A stretch of 63,987 nt of DNA, counting the filler, from Octopus bimaculoides (lineage: Eukaryota), in assembly GCF_001194135.2 (NCBI RefSeq). It is 3 parts of 3 records of this genome, joined end to end, with 100 filler letters (N's around TTAATTAATTAA, not from the genome) between each part and the next. Parts side by side here need not be neighbours in the genome. Positions count along the whole stretch, not along the records: positions 37,074 to 63,987 come from NC_069000.1; 2 more parts are not named here. One strand, 5' to 3'. The notes under the pieces were generated by a model. That model saw only the letters and a program-made list of their open reading frames with translations. It did not search any database and was not told the DNA's origin. Made by a program: the position numbers and the translations under genes. Shown here piece by piece: positions 53,446 through 63,987 of this stretch (position 1 is the stretch's first letter; each line of letters begins with the position of its first letter).

Positions 53446-54999
53446 TAATTTAATGTTAAATCTTGGTGCAAAATTGCACCACCACCCACCATGATCACCA
53501 CCTGCTGTATGGCCCTCCCTTCCTCTCTCCCTCACATGCCTATCCTTACATTCTCTTCATGCCCTAGCATATCAACCACACCACTCCCCACCAGCCACTC
53601 CAATTTCTCTCCCCATTATTTGCTACAGTCACCTTTGCCCCTCCCCCTGTCTCTAAACATCACCCCCTTTCACCTCCCTCTACCTTGTAGGTATGCCCCA
53701 TTCATCTTCACCACCATCTCTCTCTCTCTCTTTCTCCTTCCTTTACCCCTATCTCTGTCCATATCTGTTTTACTTTAACCTCTCCACTGCCACCTCCCTC
53801 AGTATCATTTCCTCTCCCAGCCAAGGAGTCTTTGTATTGCAAATTATTCAGTGACCCCATTGATGCTGGTGCCACATAAAAAGCACCCAGTACACATATT
53901 GCAGGGAGAGATAATAGTGAAGATGAAAGGAAGAGACAAGGTGAGGGAGAGAGCTTCCTTCATTGAAAGGTTGATCATCTGGGCAACGACCATCTGTCGG
54001 AAACAAATACAAAATGAATTCTAAACCCTCCCAACTCAAACGCCTTCTGGTAGTTTTATAACCAAAATCATTTTGCATCTTTTTTGACAGCTCATTTAGT
54101 GGAGCCCTTGTGATCTAAATGTTCGGGGTATATACTTGATAGTAGTTTACCAAGCCTAAAAATGTTTCTAACAATTTGAGATTCGTTGAGGGAGGCATAT
54201 TCCATATTGCCTTTTCTCTTGGTGTATCTGGCCTTCATCCCTTTTCATGAACTATATCGAAAAAAAGACCTTCTGGCTAGGTCAAATTATGGAGTCCTTG
54301 CACACATACACATACACACATCTGCATGTATATTTTGTAATATGCAGCACAACCTTTAAAAAAAAAAGGAAAACAAAAGTGCTACAACATAACGCAAAAA
54401 TTAACTTGTTTCAATATTTTATGCAAATATTTAATTTAAAAGGTTTGATAATTGATTATTTATATAAATCAATTTTGTATAGAAATGAATTGTATTCAGA
54501 ATAGAATAATGATAATTGGAGCAATTAATTGTTTTTTAATACAAAGCTAGTAATTAATTTAATTGTAAAGCGAATGTATTTGATATCTAGGTTCATATTC
54601 TTTACGTAAACCTGCGAAAACAATGGCTTTTTATCTGCATTTATCTGAAATAAGTTATTCATGGTTTTTACGGTTAACATGCAGTTTGTGGTTGTTAAAA
54701 TAAGTGAAAATAGATTGTGCTAGAAATAAAGAATTTAAACTGCGATTGAAACTGGGAGCGACGTCAGAGATATCCCTTAATTTTTGTAAACAATGTAGAG
54801 TGCACAGCATGACTGCGAAACACCGGAAGTACAAGTTCTGCTGGACCTGGACATGTCACAAGGTTCATAGACAACAGGTAGGCCCTGCATTTGCCGAGTA
54901 ATATCCAGGAGGCCACTCAGAAACCCTCCACAACGATGGGAAGACGATTTAGTAAAATGACTGGAGCCACGGTTGTAAAGACAGGCTCAGTCAAGAAAG

Positions 55000-55449
55000 A
55001 ATTGGAAACGCATTGTGACTAGCAGTGTATAACAATGTTCGATAGTCTGTTCGATACAGATTATGTATTACATAAGCACATACATAGACTGGTATTCTGA
55101 AAGATAGGCCACAGGTAGCACATACAGGGTCATGTATTTCGAAGTATAGACCTTAGATAGGAAACTGACAACAACAGAGCACGAAAAATACTGTAACTTT
55201 ATATTGCCTAAAAACGCCTCTGACATATTTCATGGAAACAGTTGACATTTTATGTAGGATATTTGGTGAAAAAAAAATTAATAAATAGGTGCAAAAGTGG
55301 CTGTGTGGTAAGTAGCTTGCTTACCAACCGCATGGTTCCGGGTTCATTCCCACTGCGTAGCACCTTGGGCAAGTGTCTTCTACTATAGGCTCGGGCCGAC
55401 CAAAGCCTTGTGAGTGGATTTGGTAGACGGAAACTGAAAGAAGCCCGTC

Positions 55450-55486
<37 letters not shown>

Positions 55487-55955
55487 CATATATATGTGTA
55501 TATGTTTGTGTGTCTGTGTTTGTCCCCCCAACATCGCTTGACAACCAATGCTGGTGTGTTTACGTCCCCGTAACCTTTCGGTTCGGCAAAAGAGACCGAT
55601 AGAATAAGTACTAGGCTTCCAAACAATAAGTCCTGGGGTCAATTTGCTCGACTAAAGGCGGTGCTCCAGCATGGTCGCAGTCAAATGACTGAAACAAGTA
55701 AAAGAGTATATAGACTAAAAGTGTGTGCAGACTTTTCAACTGGATTAAATGACTGTTTAGTTGAACACATCCATTACCAAGACCAGAAGAAGTGTTCTCA
55801 AAACTAAATGGAGAAAAAATTCTCTAAGTTAGTCTTCTTGGAGGCTTATCTACAGATACAGGTAGAGGAAGATTGTGTACACCTTTTACCAATCAACACT
55901 GTGGATTGTATAAATTCGAGTGGCTTCCTTTTGGAAGAGATATTTCAAAATAATG
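55000..55955 (+). mobile_element. Decayed Gypsy LTR retrotransposon (K02A2.6-like gag piece and RT piece) separated by a SINE
   Basis: LDRKLTTTEHEKYCNFILPKN (gag-like, about 55155-55220); RLKVCADFSTGLN, HPLPRPEEVFSKLNG, FSKL..EAYLQIQV, GLYKFEWLPFG (RT, 55712-55955); many stops and frameshifts. Confidence 0.75.
55288..55707 (+). mobile_element. SINE family A, full copy
   Basis: Reverse complement of the 7033-7437 and 24626-25180 copies; lies between the two Gypsy pieces. Confidence 0.9.
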
Positions 55956-56599
55956 AGCTTGGAGGAGATACATACATACATAGACAGCAATTCATGGCTT
56001 ACTCAGGACACACACATACACATACACCACACCACACTACACACACAGTTACTCGCTCACACACACACAGAGTTACTCACTCGCATGCTCGCACACAGAC
56101 ATACACATGGTTACTCGTTCGCATACTCGTACACACACACACATGCACATACACACACAAACATGCACATATAAATATGGCCATACATTTTCAGATATTC
56201 ATGAGTTTTGCAGAATGATATACATATATATACACACAGATACATGCGTACATTCACACACACACACATGCATGCATTACATATGCATACATGCATACAT
56301 ACACACATATATGTCTATATACACATACATACATATACAAATACATAAATACGCACAAACATACCTACATACACATATATACACACATTCATAAACGCAT
56401 ACATGCGCACACATATGCATACACACTAACACATACATACACACACACATACATACATGCAGACAGACAGACAGACTGACTGACTTTAAAGAAAGCAAAG
56501 AGGCATTCACCCTTGCAGACACATTGATGCAAACATCGCCCATATACTAACATATACATGTGTACAAGCATTTATACACACACTTACCACACGTGGGAC

Positions 56600-57073
56600 A
56601 CGCATACACACTCTCACATCTCAAATGATACACACACACATCTCATATGATACACACTCATACATACATGTCTTTATATACACACACATATATATACACG
56701 TCTTTACATACACACACACACATACATACATATATATAAATATATCTATATATATACACACACATACACAAACATATATATATATCTATATACACACAGT
56801 CATACACAGGCCTTCACACACACATACACACATCTCACATAATACAGACACTAATATACAGGCTTTTCAATTCACACACACCTCTCCTCACCTCACTTAA
56901 CACACACACACACACACCTATATATATATATATATATACATGTCTTTACATACACTCATATACATATATATATATATGTACACACTCCTACACACACACA
57001 CATATATTTATATACACACATCTCACATAACACACACTAATAAACAGGCCTTTACATTTACACACACACACAC

Positions 57074-57105
<32 letters not shown>

Positions 57106-57400
57106 GTCCTTACATACACACTCATATATCCATATATAAATATATATATTCACACTCATGCATACATACACACACCTATATATATATATACACGTCTTTA
57201 CATACACACACACATATATCCATATATAAATATATATATATACACACACACATATATATATCTATATACACATATACACACATCTCACATAACACACATA
57301 CTCATATACAGGCCTTTACATTCACATACACCCCCCTTCTCACCTCACTTAACACACACACACACATACAGGCCTTTATATACACACACAAACACATTCG
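56600..57400. repeat. Compound CA/TA microsatellite with recurring higher-order modules
   Basis: Recurring cacatctcacataa...acaggcctttacatt, cacgtctttacatacac and ctcacctcacttaacacac blocks. Confidence 0.8.
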
Positions 57401-58242
57401 CCCCACAAAATAATCACACGCAAGCATTTACACATACACAAACCCAGAGAGACACCTCACTAAAGATGTGTTCATGTATACAGCTGTAAGTTCTCAAGCT
57501 TAACTAGTTTATTGTCCATAGAATATAACAAGATAATACTATTAACTGGAGAGGAAAATAAAGACAAAAATGGTTTCTTATTTCAGGTGCTTGGTTGTCN
57601 NNNNNNNNNNNNNNNNNNNNNNNNNNNNNNNNNNNNNNNNNNNNNNNNNNNNNNNNNNNNNNNNNNNNNNNNNNNNNNNNNNNNNNNNNNNNNNNNNNNN
57701 NNNNNNNNNNNNNNNNNNNNNNNNNNNNNNNNNNNNNNNNNNNNNNNNNNNNNNNNNNNNNNNNNNNNNNNNNNNNNNNNNNNNNNNNNNNNNNNNNNNN
57801 NNNNNNNNNNNNNNNNNNNNNNNNNNNNNNNNNNNNNNNNNNNNNNNNNNNNNNNNNNNNNNNNNNNNNNNNNNNNNNNNNNNNNNNNNNNNNNNNNNNN
57901 NNNNNNNNNNNNNNNNNNNNNNNNNNNNNNNNNNNNNNNNNNNNNNNNNNNNNNNNNNNNNNNNNNNNNNNNNNNNNNNNNNNNNNNNNNNNNNNNNNNN
58001 NNNNNNNNNNNNNNNNNNNNNNNNNNNNNNNNNNNNNNNNNNNNNNNNNNNNNNNNNNNNNNNNNNNNNNNNNNNNNNNNNNNNNNNNNNNNNNNNNNNN
58101 NNNNNNNNNNNNNNNNNNNNNNNNNNNNNNNNNNNNNNNNNNNNNNNNNNNNNNNNNNNNNNNNNNNNNNNNNNNNNNNNNNNNNNNNNNNNNNNNNNNN
58201 NNNNNNNNNNNNNNNNNNNNNNNNNNNNNNNNNNNNNNNNNN

Positions 58243-58275
<33 letters not shown>

Positions 58276-58537
58276 CAATGTGTGTGTATTCTCTCTCCCT
58301 CTCTCTCTCTCTCTCAATGGATATATAATATAAATATTTAGAGAAGCACATGTCACAGTTAAGATAACACAAAATGTACATAAATATGACAGCAGATTTA
58401 CATAAATTCTTATTGTAAATTGCATATTTCATTCACTGTTTCTTCTCATGTGCGTCTAATGTAAACGGTTAAATGGACTTCAAAGAGATTTAGTGAATAA
58501 TAGTGAGTATAAGTTTGGAAAAATGAAAAATATTTAT

Positions 58538-59964
58538 TCACAAGAAACAAGGGATGAAGCTGAGAAGTTCGGAACTTGATACTGAGGATTTGATAATTCC
58601 AATTTTGTCATTACAAGGGAATGCTATTAAGCTCTTGGCCATATGTGTCTGGTCATTATAAGTTATTGATTTTGTTTGATAATCTTTTAAGTTGCTGCAA
58701 CTTAAAAGATCGCTTGATAGTAATTCGATCGTTTCTTCGTTCAGATATTTAATAGCTAAAGATTGGTTTAGCTCCATGAGTGAAAACGTGAGGATGCGAG
58801 GAGGGGTGACAGTGTAAATAAAGTGGCTGAAAATGTTCACAGACAAACTGGTACCGAACAGATTGTAATATAAGCTTATCATCCATAAATCAATGATTTG
58901 TTTGAGAGATAAAATATTTGTATGGAAAAAATAATCAATTGAAGAAAAAAAAATGAACTGAAATCTTCTGTACTTCACCTTGGTTTTTGTTTGCTCACAG
59001 ATATTGAAAACACTGTCGCGGTCTTAAGTTGTTGTGTTGGTCTGTGGTGATAACTGGTTTAGTTGATGAATGAAAATTTGTTTCTTGGGTTGCTTGTAGA
59101 AGCAACTGTACAACACAAGTGAACATCATTCTGATCATCGTTTAACGTCCGTTTTCCATGCTGGCATGGGTTGGACGGTTCAATTGTGGTCTGGAAAGCC
59201 AGGAGGCTGCACCAGGCCCCAATCTGATCTGGCAGTGTTTCTACAGCTGGATGCCCTTCCTAATGCCAACTACTCTGAGAGTGTAGTGGGTGCTTTTTAC
59301 GTGCCAACAGCACAGGGGCCAGAGGAGCTGGCATCAACCACGATCGGATGGTGCTTTTTACATGCTACCGGCACAGAAGCCAGTCAAAGCGGCACTGGCA
59401 TTGGCCACATTCGGATGGTGCTTTTTACGTGCTACCGGCACAGGGCTCACAGCTACAATTTCCATTTGATTTGCTTTTGATATTGCTGATGTTGATGTAC
59501 TTGACTCAATAGGTCTCCTCAAGCACGGCATGTCACCCTATGATCCAAGGTACTTTTGAGTGGGCTGGTTATGCAACACTGGTGTAAGTTACAGCTGTGG
59601 ACTCACTTCATTTGCCGGGTCTTCTCAGTCATAGCATACCTCCAGAGGTCTCGATCTTTTGTCATTGCCTCTGTGAGGCCAGTCGCACGTAAAGGCAAAA
59701 TGGGTTAACCTTCTACAGATAACAAAAGCAATGGTTACATACTGGGCGATAGAGATGCTGCTTGAAGTTTACAGCAAGTTATTGATGCAGCCACATGCAA
59801 CTTACCCAACATAACTGGAAAAAATTGTGCTATTTTCGTGACGACGGAGATTACTGGTATCTATCTATGCTATCTGTCTTAAACGCCTTCCTGGTTGGTC
59901 TGGTCGGTAAAAATGTGAGCCACGGTCAAATTCTAAAATGTACGAGAAAATCTGTGCTCACCAT
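58538..59964 (-). CDS. Hypothetical 4-exon gene (exons 59964-59962 ATG, 59814-59806, 59105-58999, 58826-58538; 135 aa), no recognised family
   Basis: Donors GTGAGC, GTAAGT, GTGAGC; acceptors ttttttccag, tgttgtacag, acattttcag; phases give one open frame; TGA overlaps AATAAA. Model assembled by hand with no homology support. Confidence 0.33.
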
Positions 59965-60194
59965 TGCTTCATGCTGATTGGTCGCTTAATAGAGCGATCG
60001 AGTGAAACTATGGTGGTTTGTTTGCGATATCTGACCACGTATCCAGGGATTCGGTTTCACTTCAATGCTATTCAACAACAAATATACAGACTCTTTTAGG
60101 TCATCTATATATATAAATATGTGCTAACAACAGCAGATCTGATTTACCTTTAAGGGAAGTTATATCATGTGCATGTGTGTGTGTGTGTGTGCAC

Positions 60195-60274
<80 letters not shown>

Positions 60275-62400
60275 ATAGATATAGATATATATAAATATAG
60301 ATAGATAGATAGATAGATAGATACATATACATACATATGTATATACATTATATATGTGTGTGTATGCACATGTATGTGTGTGTGTCTTTATGTATGTATG
60401 TATAGATACACACATACATATATATATGTGTGTGTGTGTGTGTGAACGTCGTCAGTAAGACATTAGAAGATCAATAAATAGTAAACAACAATGTTATTGA
60501 GGTTTGATCCATTACCAATGGGCATTGATTAGCATGAGAGGTCGCTGTGTCAAAGATAATCAAGGAATATAGATTCGGTTAATCATTGAAAGAACATTAA
60601 TGCAAAGACAATTGTCTTATCTGCAAACCAATTGATAATACCGACACAGTCGTCATCATCTTCGTTACCGTCATCAAATAGGAAAGCATCGTATTAAAGA
60701 CGATCAGCGCTCAAAATCCCACAGGAATGTGAATTTGCCTCATCCTCTTCCTCCGCCCCTTTCCTACTCCTCTTTTGTGCGTACATGCGTGTTCACGCAT
60801 GCGCGTATGTACTGTGAAGGTGTGCGTACATGCTTGTGCTTTTGCGCGTATGTACTATGCATGTATGTATGTATATATGCGTGTGCGTGTATTTGTGTGC
60901 GTATGTGTATGCATATGTGTGTGCGTGAAAGTGCGTGGCTTAGTGGTTAGGGCATTCGGCTCACAGTCGTAAGGTCATGAGTTCTATTCCCAGTGACGTG
61001 TTGTGTCCTTGAGCAGGACACTTTATTTCACGTTGCTCCAGTCCACTCAGCCAAGAAAAACGAGTTGTACCTGCATTTCAAAAAGGGCCAGCCTTGTCCC
61101 ATTCCGTGTTACTCTGAATCTCCCCGAGAACCACATAAAGGTTACGCCGCCTTCATATTGCTGAGAAGTGGTTGTCTATTGTTTGATAGACTTAATAGTT
61201 ATAATTGTTATTGTTGTTGTTGTTGTTAAGGCAGCGAACCGGCAGAATCGTTAGCAAGCCGGGCAAAATACTTAACATCCGTCTTCATATTCTAAGTTCA
61301 AATGCCGATGAGGTCGACTTTGCCTTTCATCCTTTCGGGGTCGATAAATTTAGTATCAGTTGTGTACCAGTACACAACTGATGTCTGACCAAATACTTTA
61401 TAAACAGATTACACTTTGATCTGAAAGTATATGCTCTAATTTCTGTATTCTCATCGATAAATATCTGTACAGGATTGTTTACGTTTCCATTTGGCCAAAA
61501 AGGTGTTGAGATATATTAAGCGTAATCGACTGACCCCACCTCCCTTCTGCCTATAGTAGAAAGGATTATTATTATCATTAAGGTGGCGAGCTGGCAGAAT
61601 CGTTAGCCAGCTGGGCAAAATGCTTAGCGGTATTTCGTCCGTCTTCGTGTTCTGATTCCAAATTCTGCCGAAGTCGACTTTGCTTTTCATCCTTTTGTGG
61701 TCGATAAATTAAGTACCAGTGAAACACTGGGCTCGATGTAATTGACTAGTCCCTTCCCCCACCCCTAAAAATTTTCAGGCATTGTGCTTATTAGTAAAAA
61801 GGTTTGTTAAAATAATCATCATTAATTACGGCGGCAAGCTGGCGGAATCGTTAGCACACCGAATAAAATGCTTAGTAGGACTTCTCCCAGCTTTATGTTC
61901 TGAGTTCAAATTCCACTGAGGTTAACTCTGCTTTGTATTCCTTCAGGTTCCATGAAATAAATACCCGTTGAGCACTGGGGGTCGAAGTAAGCAACTAGCT
62001 CCGTCTTCCACAAAGTTTCAGACCTTGTATCAATAGAAACGAATATCAAAACCGTTGCTTTTCACTTGAACTGAATTTCTCGGTTGCGAACAATAAACAT
62101 TGTTCTAAATAATACATTTTTATCAGAATTACCATGATTAATAATTAGTTTCCAGCTGAGTCATCTGTTTCCGGCCAATACCGGATATCCTACTCAGATA
62201 AATGTTGTCATTCTTATTCATGTTCTCTAATGTTTATTTAGCCCAGTTTCTGTCATCGACAGTCGTTAAAACCCCTGGAAAGACATAACATTACACTTTT
62301 ACAAAATGCTTAAATTATATCAAATTACATAATAAATATATGACCGTTCTAAGATCATAAAATATATCATATATAGTCATTATTTCTGTGCGTGTGTATG

Positions 62401-62433
<33 letters not shown>

Positions 62434-63987
62434 TTCGTTTTGGGATTTGGTTTGCAAGATTCTTTATGTGAGTTTGTGTGTTGAAGCATATTCTATTGTA
62501 TCTGGAGAGAGTCAAGACTATTGAAAAGGTTGCAAGACACAACGAAAATTTTAAGAAAATAAAAATAAGAAATAAGTGGAAATTTTACCGGTGAGTATGT
62601 TAAATTATAAGGCACAAAATAAAAAAGAAAATGACTCTCCCCAGGCACAATAGTATATATATGTATATAAGCATATATATATATATGTATATACGTATGT
62701 ATGCATATATGTATATATATATATATATATATNNNNNNNNNNNNNNNNNNNNNNNNNNNNNNNNNNNNNNNNNNNNNNNNNNNNNNNNNNNNNNNNNNNN
62801 NNNNNNNNNNNNNNNNNNNNNNNNNNNNNNNNNNNNNNNNNNNNNNNNNNNNNNNNNNNNNNNNNNTAAACAAACAAACGAAGTTTGCTTTAGAAGCATT
62901 GAGATATCTTCGAAAGTTAAAGAAGTGATTTTAAATTCTCAAACGCAGGATAATACTAATAATGCAGCCTGAACATTTCACCCGGCATGCTAACTTTTCT
63001 GCCAGCTCGCAGCTTTAAGGTCAAGAAATATTAAGAGGTGAATGAACAGAGATAGTGTGGAAAGTGGAAAGGGGAGAGAGAGAGAAAGTGGGAAATGTGA
63101 AGAGAGGGGAAAAGGAAGAAAAGAGGGGTAAGAGAGCGAAGGAAACGGTGCAGAAGTGGAAGAGAAAGAGAAGAGGGGTAGATGTGAAAACCGAAGGGAG
63201 GGAGAGGGAGGAATGGAGGAGAAAATAGAGGGAAGGGTGAGGAGGGAGAAGAGAAAGAAGGAAGGTGAAGAGAAAAGGGAGAGATAGAAATGGGGAAGGA
63301 TAAAGAAAGAGGGGATAGGGAAGTAAAAATGAGGGAAGCCAAGTGCAGATGGGAAGAAAGGGGAGGTGGGAAGAGAGTAAAGAAAAGAAAGTGATGTGAA
63401 AAAAGAAGGAAAAGTGGAAGAGTTGAGAAGGGGATGAGAATTAAGGCGAAAGAAAAGAAGGGGCGATGTAAACACCGAGGGGGTGTAAGTTAGGAGAGAG
63501 GAGATGGGAAAGAAAATAAACTTCGATTCTGTTATCCTTAAATCGAATACCAATATGTATTTGCTGACTGGGAAGATAAATAAAAACATAACAAGAAAGA
63601 GAAAAAGTTTCCTGTCTATAACAAACAGCCCCACAGCTTATTGAATATCGAAGAATAGTGTTCCAGATTCCCAAAATGGCCAACAATCTGTGCCATACAA
63701 AATATACCAAAATATTCCGTTAACATGTTATGCTAAATTGAAGTTGTTTTTCAAAGTGATTTTCACCGAGGGACTTCATTTTTCATTTATCTTATAGCTT
63801 TTATCTTTAATCTGTTTTTTTTTTAATGTCTTATTGAATAAATGAAATATTGAGTATTAAATATATAAGGACTAGTATATTTTCCTCTGGCTGTCTTTTT
63901 GTCCTTTATACACATTCCGTTGGACAGCAGCAGTAGGTGTTTGGCTATTTTTAGAGATGATGCCAAACCATTTTTCAATGTTTATTT

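Noticed and set aside
54812-54880. CCGGAAGT ETS motif plus CAG|GTAGGC as a first exon
   Set aside because: Lies just upstream of Gypsy relics and has no downstream partner exon; more likely retroelement leader.
59719-59882. Plus-strand frame DNKSNGYILGDRDAA-TGA-SLQQVIDAATC as a possible selenoprotein exon
   Set aside because: No selenoprotein family resemblance, no donor before the next stop and no SECIS seen.
62157-62186. TGAGTCA, CCGGAA and CCAAT motifs within 30 bp
   Set aside because: Short motifs with no linked transcript or gene start.
62990-63710. 214-aa Phe/Ser/Pro/Leu ORF and a LHPLGVYI segment faintly like a Penelope GIY-YIG C-terminus
   Set aside because: The long ORF is a stop-poor polypyrimidine tract; the motif is too degenerate to call.

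Overview
AT-rich, intron- and repeat-dominated animal genomic DNA, most likely octopus (inferred from the SINE/RTE repeat complement and dense microsatellites; species not verified). Two host genes on the + strand are readable. One is five internal exons of the centrosomal coiled-coil gene CEP112 (191-14773), running into a gap with no later exons found. The other is six exons of mitochondrial 2,4-dienoyl-CoA reductase DECR1 (39274-51012), with the first exon not found. The rest is mobile DNA: a decayed Penelope-like element (RT + GIY-YIG), RTE LINE pieces (one ending in three C2H2 fingers), two restriction-like-endonuclease non-LTR fragments inserted in (TAA)n tracts, mariner and Gypsy relics, at least four tRNA-type SINE families and several MITEs. 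Two 100-bp N44-TTAATTAATTAA-N44 spacers are artificial joins, so the window is three separately assembled segments (1-28255, 28356-36973, 37074-63987). Best leads: (1) a complete minimal type I hammerhead ribozyme at 30427-30469 downstream of the Penelope ORF; (2) a dispersed repeat carrying the two hammerhead core boxes in reversed order around a covarying hairpin (20157-20199 and 34304-34346); (3) a hand-built four-exon minus-strand gene model with a 9-nt microexon (58538-59964). All calls are by eye from the sequence; no searches or folding programs were run.
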